The notes beneath the pieces are model-generated. The model saw nothing but the letters and a program-made list of their open reading frames with translations. It was not told where the DNA came from and did not search any database. A stretch of DNA of 64,000 bases from Pigmentiphaga sp. (GTDB lineage: Bacteria; Pseudomonadota; Gammaproteobacteria; Burkholderiales; Burkholderiaceae_B), in NCBI GenBank assembly GCA_023228945.1, contig JALOAI010000027.1, positions 542 to 64,541 of the forward strand, written 5' to 3'. Both the position numbers and the translations under genes were made by a program. Shown here piece by piece: positions 27,789 to 36,511 of this stretch; position 1 is the stretch's first letter; each line of letters starts with the position of its first letter.

Positions 27789-30164
27789 TCAGGCGCCGCT
27801 GGCGATGTCGGCCGGATTGCCGATGCCATCCAGGGCGCGCCGGAAGACGGCGTCGAGAACGTCGTCCCGCCGCCAGGAAGCGACGGCGGCCGCCGCTTCT
27901 ACCGCGTGGGCCCAGGTGCAGCGGTTGGCGAACAACATGCCGGGAACGTCGAGCGTGCCGCCGCGGCTGATATAGCCCAGGGCGCGGGTCTTGGCCGGCC
28001 CGTCGTCGAGGCGGCGCAGGATGCCGAGCATGGGCTCGGGCCGGGTATGGCTGAGCAGGACTCGTGGCAGGCCCGGCGGAAACAGGGCGTGCAGGGTGTC
28101 GTCGCGATCCACGAAGCGGGCTTCCCAGGCATCGCGCGGCAGGCGCAGCCGGCCGGGCTCGATCACCACGCTGACGCACGACGCGCGACCCAGCCGTGCC
28201 AGGTGGTCATGCGCCTTGAGGGCTTCCTCCAACTGATAGGCGCCGATGGCGACGAATTGCACTTCGGCCCGGGCGGGATCGCCGGCGACGAGTGCCGCGC
28301 CTTGTTCGATCAACGCCTGCGCCGCCGCGGCGTCGAAACGGTGTGCGACGTCGCGTTTGGATACCACCACGCAAGCCACTTGCCCGCGTCCCGCATAGAC
28401 GTCGCGCAGCGCGGCCATCGCGGTGTTGCCGTCCACCGGGAACAGCACGCGCGCGGTGTCCGACATTTCGCCCAGCAAGGCCTCGCCGATGGAGGGATCC
28501 TGGTGCGATTGTTCGTTTTTGGCGTTCTCCCATGTGTGCGAGGTGACGATCAAGGGCACCGACAGCCAGCCGGGCGGCTGGCCGATCTCGGTCTGGCGCC
28601 GGGCAAAGATGACTTCCTGGCGTAAAAGACCCAGCATTTTCATGGCGAAGGCTTCGTAGCTGACGATCAGATTCAGCCCGCCTTTGTTGCCCAGCGCCGC
28701 GCCCGCCACGGCTTCTTCATTGAGCGCGGTGATCACCGCGCCGTCCAGGGCCTCGGGCACGCCGGCCTCGGGCTCGTTGACTCGATGCTTGAGCAGCGCC
28801 AGCGTGTCTCCCATCTTGTTGCTGGCCAGTTCGTCGGGGTTGCCGACACGGATGCGCAGGGCGGGATTGGCCCGGGCCAGCGCGACGAACCAGCCGTCGA
28901 GGGCAGCCATGGCGCTGCCCTCGTCTCCTGTCGGCTCCCAGGCTGGCTCGGGCAGCACAGGGGTGGCGGGATGGCGATGGGCCATGGGATGCGCGCTTTC
29001 GGGACGCCGCTGGGTCCGGGCATGGTTGGCGAGGGTCGCGAGCGCGGCGTCCAGTTCGGCGGGGGCGACGAACAGCGCGCGGGCGCCGGCATTGAAGGCC
29101 TCGCGCGCGGGAGCGTCCCGCCGGGGGTTGCCCGCCAGCGGCAGGTTGTGGGCGGCATTGGTACCCGCTCCCGGAAAGCCGAAGCCCTTTTCGGTTTCGG
29201 CGATCACATAAGGCAGGGGCGCCGGATATCGGCGCTGGGGATGACTGGCGAACCGCTGCAAGGCCTCCTCGGCATGGATGATGGCCCAGGCGAAAGCGGC
29301 GGGGTCGCGGCCGTCGATGATCACCGGATCGAAGCCGTTGTGGCGCAGGTCTTCGGCCAGCCAGGGGGCGCCGCCTTCCTGCACGATCTGCGTGCGCTGC
29401 TCGATCCGGCGGCCATTGAGAATCATCACCGGCACCGCGAAACCGCTGTCGTTGGTGCGCCACCAGCGCGTGGCCCAGTCGGAGCCCCGCTGTTCTTCGA
29501 AGGCGCCATCGCTGAGGAAGGCGACCAGGCGCTCGCCCGGCAGCGGCATATGGATGTACTGCAACTCGGCGAAGCCGAGATAGCCGCCTTCGGATATCGC
29601 GCCCGCCGTGTTGGGGCCGGCGTGGCTGCCCACCGGAACGGCCGGATGGCCGAAGCTGTCGATGGCATAGGAATAAAAATCGCGGATCAGTTGCGACAGG
29701 CCGGCCTCGCTGCGATCGTAGCGGCCGCGCTGGGCCGGCGAGAGATCGCCCGTGAGTGCGTTGACGGCCTCGATCGCCGCCACGCAGTGGCCCTGGCCCA
29801 TCAGCCAGCCGCGGGTATGGCCGGTAAGCGCGTTGGCCAGCAAATATCCGACGAAGGCCGGCACCATGTTCAGCGAGCCGCCGGTGTGGCCTTCGGGTGT
29901 GGGTTTGAAGTCGTTGGCTGTCAGAGGTTCGCCCGCGAGGTTGATGCGCAGGGCGTAGGTCATGTGGGCCACCACGTTCATCGCCATGCAGGCCAGTCGA
30001 TCGGCCGCCGCCAGCAGGGCGTAGGCGTCGTCGAGGCCGCCCAGGCGATTATCGGCCGCCAGGCGGGCGACCATCGCTTCGATGCGCTCCACGGTAGTGG
30101 GCGCGTGGCTGATGGGGCCATGGCCGGCGCGCCAACGCGACCGCGGATCGGGCTGTGGATTCAT
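27789..30164 (-). CDS. phosphoketolase-family ThDP enzyme, divergent (791 aa)
   Basis: Length and colinearity fit Xfp. The PROSITE-type signatures are altered, however: ISEGGYLGF instead of EGGELGY, and LSDGAFEE instead of GDGE. Confidence 0.8.
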   Translation of the reverse strand: MNPQPDPRSRWRAGHGPISHAPTTVERIEAMVARLAADNRLGGLDDAYALLAAADRLACMAMNVVAHMTYALRINLAGEPLTANDFKPTPEGHTGGSLNMVPAFVGYLLANALTGHTRGWLMGQGHCVAAIEAVNALTGDLSPAQRGRYDRSEAGLSQLIRDFYSYAIDSFGHPAVPVGSHAGPNTAGAISEGGYLGFAELQYIHMPLPGERLVAFLSDGAFEEQRGSDWATRWWRTNDSGFAVPVMILNGRRIEQRTQIVQEGGAPWLAEDLRHNGFDPVIIDGRDPAAFAWAIIHAEEALQRFASHPQRRYPAPLPYVIAETEKGFGFPGAGTNAAHNLPLAGNPRRDAPAREAFNAGARALFVAPAELDAALATLANHARTQRRPESAHPMAHRHPATPVLPEPAWEPTGDEGSAMAALDGWFVALARANPALRIRVGNPDELASNKMGDTLALLKHRVNEPEAGVPEALDGAVITALNEEAVAGAALGNKGGLNLIVSYEAFAMKMLGLLRQEVIFARRQTEIGQPPGWLSVPLIVTSHTWENAKNEQSHQDPSIGEALLGEMSDTARVLFPVDGNTAMAALRDVYAGRGQVACVVVSKRDVAHRFDAAAAQALIEQGAALVAGDPARAEVQFVAIGAYQLEEALKAHDHLARLGRASCVSVVIEPGRLRLPRDAWEARFVDRDDTLHALFPPGLPRVLLSHTRPEPMLGILRRLDDGPAKTRALGYISRGGTLDVPGMLFANRCTWAHAVEAAAAVASWRRDDVLDAVFRRALDGIGNPADIASGA

Positions 30165-30199
30165 GGTGCTGTGCCTCCCGGGTGCTACGGTTGTTCTGG

Positions 30200-30952
30200 T
30201 CAGGCCGCGGTGTAGCCGCCGTCGGCGAGCAAGGCGCTACCGGTCACGAAGCTGGCGGCATCGGAGAGCAGGAAGGCGACGGCATGGGCGATTTCGTCGG
30301 GTCGGCCCAGGCGGCCGATGGGGTGGCGGCTGACCAGTCCCGCGCGGGTATCGGCGTCCAGGCCATCGAGGATCGGGGTTTCCACATAGCCGGGATGAAT
30401 GGAGTTGATGCGGATGCCCCGGGCGGAATAGGCCAGCGCCGCCGAGCGCGTGAGCCCCGTGACGCCGTGCTTGGCGGCGACATAGGCGGTGGCGTGGGCG
30501 TCGCCCACCACACCCAGAATGGACGACATGTTGACGATGGCGCCGCCGCCGGCGTCCAGAATGGCGGGAATCTGATAGCGCAGGCCGTGCGCGACGCCGC
30601 TGAGGTTGATATCGATCACCCGCTGCCAATCGGCCTCGGGGAGTTCGCCCGCCGGGAGCAGGGCGCCGCCGATGCCGGCATTATTGAAGGCGAAGTGCAG
30701 GGCTCCGAAGGTTTTCACCGCGAGCTCGACCGCCGCCTCGACTTGAGCCGCCCGGGCGACGTCGGTCACATTGGGCACGGCGCTGCCGCCGGCGGCGACG
30801 ATGGCCTCGGCGACGCGAGCCGCCGCATCGGCCTGGACGTCGGAGACGACGACATTCAAGCCATTGGCGGCCAGCAGGCGGGCGGTGGCTTCGCCGATGC
30901 CCGAGGCGGCACCGGTAACCAGCACGGTTTTGCCGGAAAACGAATACTTCAT
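30200..30952 (-). CDS. SDR-family oxidoreductase
   Basis: KTVLVTGAASGIGEA, NNAG, SSILGVVGDAHATAYVAAKHG (S...YxxxK). Confidence 0.85.
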   Translation of the reverse strand: MKYSFSGKTVLVTGAASGIGEATARLLAANGLNVVVSDVQADAAARVAEAIVAAGGSAVPNVTDVARAAQVEAAVELAVKTFGALHFAFNNAGIGGALLPAGELPEADWQRVIDINLSGVAHGLRYQIPAILDAGGGAIVNMSSILGVVGDAHATAYVAAKHGVTGLTRSAALAYSARGIRINSIHPGYVETPILDGLDADTRAGLVSRHPIGRLGRPDEIAHAVAFLLSDAASFVTGSALLADGGYTAA

Positions 30953-31102
30953 GGGAACACTCCTTTCAGCGCAGGGCGCGGCACGCACGCGGAGCGAGGT
31001 GCCGCGGGAAGCCGGCGCCAGCGGTGGAACCCTGGCGCTTGCGCCGACGTTACCATGACGCCATGGCGAGCAGGAGAGGGCGCGCGGGCGGCCAGGGCCG
31101 CG

Positions 31103-31939
31103 TTACGGCTGCGGCCTTGCGCCGGACTCCGGCTCCTCCTTCGGTTCGGCCCCGGATCCCGGTAGAAACGCGCGTGGCGTCACGCCCAAGGTGCGGCGGA
31201 ACATCGTCGAGAAGGCACTGGGGCTGTCATAGCCGAGATCCAGGGCGACGCGCGTTACCGCGTCACCCGCGCTGAGCCGGCGAACCGCGTGAAGCAGGCA
31301 GGCCTGTTTGCGCCACTGCACGAAGCTGAGACCGGTTTCGGCCTGGAACCGGCGGTACAGTGTCCGGGCGCTGGCCACCGCCGGCCCTTCATCGCCGCGA
31401 CGTGCCGGTTGTTGCATCAGCTTGTCGCACATTTCGAGCAGATCAGGGCTGGAGGGCAAGGGCAACTCGAGCGCGCAGATGGGCAGCCGGCTGATTTCAA
31501 GCACCGTCAGGCGTCCGATCAGATCGGCGGCTTGCTCATGGCCAGCCAGATCGTCCGAGGTGATGCGCAGGATCAGTTCGCGCAGCAACGGCGTCACGTC
31601 GAGCGCGACGCAGCGCCGGGGCAGGCTTTCGGCGCTGGCGGCATTCAGATAAAGCGAGCGCATTTGCAATTCGCCATGCGCATCGATCGCATGTTCCAGC
31701 CCCGCCGGGATCCACAGGGCGCGGCTGGGCGGCACCAGCCAGGCGTGGCCGGCGGTCCGCACGAACATGGTGCCGGCGGTGGCGAACAGAAACTGACCGC
31801 GCGGATGGCGGTGGGGAGCGATGTGGGTGCCGGCAGGAAAGGCCTCGCGCTTCGCCACCAGCAGCGGTCCTTCATCGGCCGCCGGCAAGGGAAAGGGGCT
31901 GCCCGTGGGCGGGCCGCCGTGTACGACCAGCATGTCCAT
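31103..31939 (-). CDS. AraC-family regulator with N-terminal cupin domain
   Basis: PHRHPRGQFLFATAG is cupin-like. The C-terminal sequence VALDLGYDSPSAFSTMFRRTLGVTPRAF is an AraC HTH. Only the last 278 codons of track ORF 31103..32740 are credited. Confidence 0.8.
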   Translation of the reverse strand: MDMLVVHGGPPTGSPFPLPAADEGPLLVAKREAFPAGTHIAPHRHPRGQFLFATAGTMFVRTAGHAWLVPPSRALWIPAGLEHAIDAHGELQMRSLYLNAASAESLPRRCVALDVTPLLRELILRITSDDLAGHEQAADLIGRLTVLEISRLPICALELPLPSSPDLLEMCDKLMQQPARRGDEGPAVASARTLYRRFQAETGLSFVQWRKQACLLHAVRRLSAGDAVTRVALDLGYDSPSAFSTMFRRTLGVTPRAFLPGSGAEPKEEPESGARPQP

Positions 31940-32002
31940 TTTGCGATGATATGGCAGAAAATATCGAAAGACGGTTAGCGCCAACTTTGCCAGACTAACG
32001 GC

Positions 32003-33346
32003 ATGAAGACAAAGAACGCAATGCCGACCCTGCCCCTCGCCTTGGCCGGCGACTCTATCGCCATGCGGCGGTCCTCCTCCGGCGATCCTGGCGGACCCGG
32101 CGCCGTCCAGCCTGCCCTCGTTCCGGCGGCCGGCCTCGGCCAAGATGCCGGAATCCCCGACCATCCCCGCGATGTGGCGTTGCTGCTCAACATCGCCCAC
32201 GCCCTCGATCATTTGTTCCTCTTGATCTTCGCCACCGCCGTGGGCGCCATCGCCGCCGAGTTCGGATTTTCCAACTGGGAAGACCTGATGCCGTACAGCG
32301 TGGGAGCCTTCCTGCTGTTCGGCCTGGGCGCCGTGCCAGCCGGACGTCTCGGCGATCTGTGGGGGCGGCGGCCCATGATGCTGATCTTTTTCTTCGGCCT
32401 GGGGGCGGCGGCGCTGCTCACGGCCTTGGCGCAGGGGCCTTGGCAATTGGCCGGGGGCCTGGCGCTGATCGGCCTCTTCGCCGCGATCTACCACCCGGTC
32501 GGTATTCCCATGCTGGTGCAGCGGACCAGCCGGCCGGGCGTGGTCATCGGCATCAACGGCCTGGCCGGCAACCTTGGCGTGGCGGGCGCGGCGTTGCTCA
32601 CGGGCCTTCTGGTTCAATGGTGGGGGTGGCGCGCGGCTTTTGTCGTTCCCGGGCTGGCGTCGCTGGCGTGCGGCGTGCTGTTTGCCATGCGCTGCGGCCC
32701 GCAGGGGCCGGCACCGGGCCGCACCCGCAAACCGCCTCAAGTGGTGCTGTCGCCCACCGACCTGGCGCGCGCCTTGTTCGTCATGACGGCGGCGGCGATC
32801 ACGAGCGCCTTGCTTTTCAACTTCACCACCAACGGCAACACACAGTTCATGGTCGAACGCTTCGACGGCCTGATCCAGAATCCCGCGATGATCGGCCTGC
32901 TGTTGGCCGTGATCTATACCTTGGCATCACTGACACAGGTGGTAGTGGGGCATTGGATCGACAGAATCCCGCTCAAGCGTCTGTATTTCGTCATGGTGCT
33001 GGCGCAGATCCCGTGGCTGGCGCTGTCGGCGGTGGCCAGCGGCTGGTGGCTCTTCGCCGCCCTGCTCGGCGTGATGGTGTTCATTTTCGGCTGCATTCCC
33101 TTTACCGATGCCATGATCGTGAAGTACGTAGACGACAGCGTGCGTTCTCGTGTGGCGGGTATGCGGCTGGCGGTGTCTTTCGGGGTGAGTTCGCTGGCGG
33201 TGTGGCTGCTCGGCCCGGTGGTCAAAGCCTCGAGCTTCACCTCGTTGTTCCTGGCCATGACGGTCATCGCGGCCGCCACGGCGGCGCTGGTCTTGATGTT
33301 GCCGTCGGACGCAACTGCCGTGCGCGCGGCGCGCACCGAGACGTAA
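32003..33346 (+). CDS. MFS transporter
   Basis: GRLGDLWGRRPMM loop motif with 12-TM-like hydrophobicity. Divergent from the AraC gene. Confidence 0.8.
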   Translation: MKTKNAMPTLPLALAGDSIAMRRSSSGDPGGPGAVQPALVPAAGLGQDAGIPDHPRDVALLLNIAHALDHLFLLIFATAVGAIAAEFGFSNWEDLMPYSVGAFLLFGLGAVPAGRLGDLWGRRPMMLIFFFGLGAAALLTALAQGPWQLAGGLALIGLFAAIYHPVGIPMLVQRTSRPGVVIGINGLAGNLGVAGAALLTGLLVQWWGWRAAFVVPGLASLACGVLFAMRCGPQGPAPGRTRKPPQVVLSPTDLARALFVMTAAAITSALLFNFTTNGNTQFMVERFDGLIQNPAMIGLLLAVIYTLASLTQVVVGHWIDRIPLKRLYFVMVLAQIPWLALSAVASGWWLFAALLGVMVFIFGCIPFTDAMIVKYVDDSVRSRVAGMRLAVSFGVSSLAVWLLGPVVKASSFTSLFLAMTVIAAATAALVLMLPSDATAVRAARTET

Positions 33347-33380
33347 AACCGCCTGAAAGCCGTGTCGTTGTGAACGAGCC

Positions 33381-34316
33381 TCAGGGGGCTGGCATGGGAT
33401 CGGCGAGCGGGGTCTCGGCCAGGGTTGCCCTCAGGGTTTCGATGAACACCAGCGTGCGCTGCGGCAGCAGGCGCCGGCCGGGAGTCACGCACCAGACCGT
33501 CGTCACCGGCAGGCTCCAATCGGGCAGGATGCGCTGGATGGCGCCTTGCTGCGTCAGGGTCGCGGCAAAGCGGGCGGAGATGGCGGCGATACCCAGGCCT
33601 TGGGCCGCCAGCGCCTGGTGCAGCCCCATCGAATTGGCGGCAAGGGTGTGGCGCGGCAGTCCTTCCCACCGTTCGGTGGCGCGGGAGAGCCGCCAGGATT
33701 GGCGCTCTCCGCCGCTGGTGACGAGTACCAGGCCGGTGTGCCGCAGCAGGTCGGAGGGTTCGCGGGGAACCCCGTGCTGCTCGAGATAGGTAGCGCTGGC
33801 ATACAGGCCATTCTGCAGCGTGGTGATGTGGCGGGCCACCAGCGTACGGTCGTCGGGCAGTTCGGTGGCGACTCGCACGGCCACGTCGAAACGTTCGGCG
33901 ATCAAGTCTACCCTCCGTGCCGAAAGGTCCAGCTCCAGGTGAACATCGGGGTACTGCTTGGAGAACACGCTCAGGCAGTGCACCAGTGACAATTCCTGGA
34001 AGTCGGGAGGCAGCGACACGCGCAGCGTACCGCGCGGCGTGATCTGCCGATGCGAAGCCAGCGCGGCGGCGGCTTCGGTTTCGTCCACCAGGCGCTTGGC
34101 ATGTTCAAGAATGCTGTCGCCGAATTCCGTCAGCACCAAGCGCCGTGTGCTGCGCTGCATCAGGCGTTCACCCAGGGATTTTTCGAGATCGGAGAGCCGG
34201 CGCGAAAGCGTGGAAGTAGGCAGGCCGGTTTGCTCCGATGCCCGGGTGAAGCTGCCTGCGCTGACAACGTGGGCGAAGAGAATCAGATCATTGGCATGCA
34301 AACTGATGGCTGGCAC
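33381..34316 (-). CDS. LysR-family transcriptional regulator
   Basis: LHANDLILFAHVVSAGSFTRASEQTGLPTSTLSRRLSDLEKSLGERLMQRSTRRLVLTEFG. GTG 34316 is preferred over GTG 34379, because the extra 21 codons are AT-rich and atypical for this genome. Confidence 0.8.
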   Translation of the reverse strand: MPAISLHANDLILFAHVVSAGSFTRASEQTGLPTSTLSRRLSDLEKSLGERLMQRSTRRLVLTEFGDSILEHAKRLVDETEAAAALASHRQITPRGTLRVSLPPDFQELSLVHCLSVFSKQYPDVHLELDLSARRVDLIAERFDVAVRVATELPDDRTLVARHITTLQNGLYASATYLEQHGVPREPSDLLRHTGLVLVTSGGERQSWRLSRATERWEGLPRHTLAANSMGLHQALAAQGLGIAAISARFAATLTQQGAIQRILPDWSLPVTTVWCVTPGRRLLPQRTLVFIETLRATLAETPLADPMPAP

Positions 34317-34406
34317 CCGGCTTTCCTTATTTTCCCATTTATGGTATAATGTTATCCGATATATTGGGTTTATACCCACTTATATATTCAATAGAATATC
34401 CGTAAT

Positions 34407-34451
34407 CCTTTGAGCGGCCGGCCTTCGAGAGGCCGGCCGCTCAAGGTTTTT
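34407..34451 (+). terminator. orphan intrinsic-terminator-like hairpin
   Basis: ccttTGAGCGGCCGGCC-ttcgaga-GGCCGGCCGCTCAagg followed by TTTTT. There is no plus-strand gene upstream of it. Confidence 0.55.
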
Positions 34452-34791
34452 CCGGCGGCGGGTACTGTATCTGGCCGTACCCGCGCCAGCTCCCAGCCGT
34501 TCCCATCATCTCTCCCGCGCGGTTCTTCTTGGCGTCGGTAGGTCGCGGCGTGGAATGACCACGGGCTCCAGCGCAAGCCTCGTCGTTCACGGCGAGGTCA
34601 GCGAGGCCCAATCTGCTGGAGCCGAAGGCTCCCCCTAATGGTGGCGGAGAAGCCCAGGCCGAAAGGTCGGGGTTCTTCACAGGTCTCGGCCATGCCAAGC
34701 ATGGCGGATATCGCCGATTGGGATTGCGGAGGGGGCCGGCAAACTTCCGTGCGCCGATCGCGGCCAGAATTTCTTTAGAGGAGGGGTGCCT

Positions 34792-35727
34792 ATGATGCAG
34801 TCGGTACTGCAACTGATCGAGGAATACGGTTTGATCGCCGTCTTCCTCAATGTGCTGGTCGAACAGGCCGGGGCGCCCATTCCTGCCTATCCGGTCTTGG
34901 TGCTCACCGGCGCCCTGTCGGCAAGCGCGGGCTATTCGACGCTGGCCTTGTTGGCCATCGCCGTCTGCGCGGCGTTGCTGGCGGATTATGGCTGGTACCT
35001 GGCTGGCCGCCGTTATGGCGGGAAGATGCTCTCGACCTTGTGCCGGGTTTCGTTGTCGCCGGATTCCTGCGTGAAGCAAACCGAATCGATCTACCTGCGT
35101 TGGGGGCCGCCGTCTTTGATGGTGGCGAAGTTCATCCCGGGTTTTGCCTCCATCGCGAGCGTCTTGGCGGGAGCGCTGGGGACGCGCACGCGCAGCTTCC
35201 TGTGCTTCGATGTCATCGGCGCAGCGCTGTGGGCCGGCTCCGCGATATTCCTTGGCTCGCTGTTCAGCACGGCGGTCGATGAGCTGTTGAGCGTGCTGGT
35301 AAGCCTGGGCCGCTGGGGCGTGATGCTGCTGGTGGCGGCGCTTGCGGTGTTCTTGGCCAATAAGTGGTGGCAGCGCCAGCGCTTCGCCAAGGCCGCGGCA
35401 ACGGATCGCATCACGGTGGACGAGCTGCACGCGTTGTTGCAATCCGGAGCCCACCCGCCCATTCTCGACGCGCGGTCCGCACGCTTGCAGGCGCGAGGCC
35501 GGATTCCGGGCGCGATTCCCGTGACGGCCAAGGGGGGCGCCATGACGGAACTCCAGGCGGACGAAGTGATCGTTTATTGTGATTGTCCCAACGAAGCTTC
35601 GGCGGCGGCGGTCTCGCGCCGGCTGAGGCGAAAGGGCTATGGTCGGGTCAGGCCTTTAGTGGGCGGCCTCGAGGCTTGGCGCGAGGCTGGGTACTCGATC
35701 GAGGATGGCCCCGCATCGATGGCATGA
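34792..35727 (+). CDS. DedA-family membrane protein fused to a C-terminal rhodanese domain
   Basis: The N-terminal roughly 200 aa are DedA/SNARE-associated (GAPIPAYPVLVLTGAL...WGPPSLMVAKFIPGF). The C-terminal part is rhodanese (ILDARSARLQARGRIPGAI...VIVYCDCPNEASAA...GGLEAWREAG). GAGGAGGGG precedes ATG 34792. Confidence 0.8.
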   Translation: MMQSVLQLIEEYGLIAVFLNVLVEQAGAPIPAYPVLVLTGALSASAGYSTLALLAIAVCAALLADYGWYLAGRRYGGKMLSTLCRVSLSPDSCVKQTESIYLRWGPPSLMVAKFIPGFASIASVLAGALGTRTRSFLCFDVIGAALWAGSAIFLGSLFSTAVDELLSVLVSLGRWGVMLLVAALAVFLANKWWQRQRFAKAAATDRITVDELHALLQSGAHPPILDARSARLQARGRIPGAIPVTAKGGAMTELQADEVIVYCDCPNEASAAAVSRRLRRKGYGRVRPLVGGLEAWREAGYSIEDGPASMA

Positions 35728-35824
35728 TTCTGCCGCAAGCACAGGCTTCGCGCCTTGAGGCGACGCTTGCCGGGTGGCAGAGGGTAGCGGTGCTCCGGCG
35801 CAAGGCCCGAGCACCGCGTGCCGC

Positions 35825-36424
35825 TTACGCCGCGAGCTTGGTGGCGATTTGCGCCACGTGGCGGCCCTGGTAGCGGGCGCCCTCCAGCTCGACCTGGCTG
35901 GGTTGGCGCGAGCCGTCGCCGGCTGCGATGGTGGAGGCGCCATAGGGCGAGTTGCCCATCACTTCATCCACTCCCATCTGGCCCTGGAAGGCATAGGGCA
36001 GGCCAACCACCACGAAGCCGAGGTGCAGCAATACGGGATGGAAGGTGAGGATGGTGGATTCCTGACCACCGTGCTGGGTGGCGCTGGACGCAAAGACCGA
36101 ACCGACCTTGCCCACCAGTGCGCCGCTGGCCCAGAGCGAGCCGGTCTGGTCGATGAAGTTTTTCATCTGCGCCGTCATGTTGCCATAGCGGGTTCCCGTG
36201 CCAAAAATGATGGCGTCGTACTCGGGCAGTTCCTGCACGGTGGCAATCGGGGCCGGCTGATCCATCTTGTAGCCGGACTTTCTGCAGATTTCTTCCGGGA
36301 CCAGCTCGGGCACGCGCTTGACCACCGCTTCGGCACCCGCTTCGCGCGCGCCTTCCGCCACGGCGTACGCCATGGTTTCGATGTGTCCGTAGGATGAGTA
36401 GTAAAGCACCAGAACTTTTGCCAT
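35825..36424 (-). CDS. wrbA: NAD(P)H:quinone oxidoreductase WrbA
   Basis: [19 protein letters not shown]...[10 protein letters not shown]...GGQESTI is the WrbA flavodoxin-like signature. Confidence 0.9.
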   Translation of the reverse strand: MAKVLVLYYSSYGHIETMAYAVAEGAREAGAEAVVKRVPELVPEEICRKSGYKMDQPAPIATVQELPEYDAIIFGTGTRYGNMTAQMKNFIDQTGSLWASGALVGKVGSVFASSATQHGGQESTILTFHPVLLHLGFVVVGLPYAFQGQMGVDEVMGNSPYGASTIAAGDGSRQPSQVELEGARYQGRHVAQIATKLAA

Positions 36425-36511
36425 GGTTACGTCTCCTGGCGATGGGGGAGGAAAACGGTTGGTGCGGAAGGTAAAAGGCCGGCACCACATGGCGCCGGCC
36501 CGGGAGCCAGC

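Noticed and set aside
27906-30215. Several 100-476-aa plus-strand ORFs
   Set aside because: They are antisense to the 791-aa phosphoketolase-family gene and have no motifs. They are GC-driven open frames.
31940-32740. N-terminal 267 codons of the 545-aa track ORF 31103..32740
   Set aside because: Only the last 278 codons are AraC-like. The upstream part is antisense to the MFS gene (32003-33346) and is Arg/Pro/Gly-rich nonsense.
34441-35454. 337-aa minus-strand ORF
   Set aside because: It is antisense to the DedA-rhodanese gene, and its translation is Arg/Gln/Gly-rich without any domain signature.
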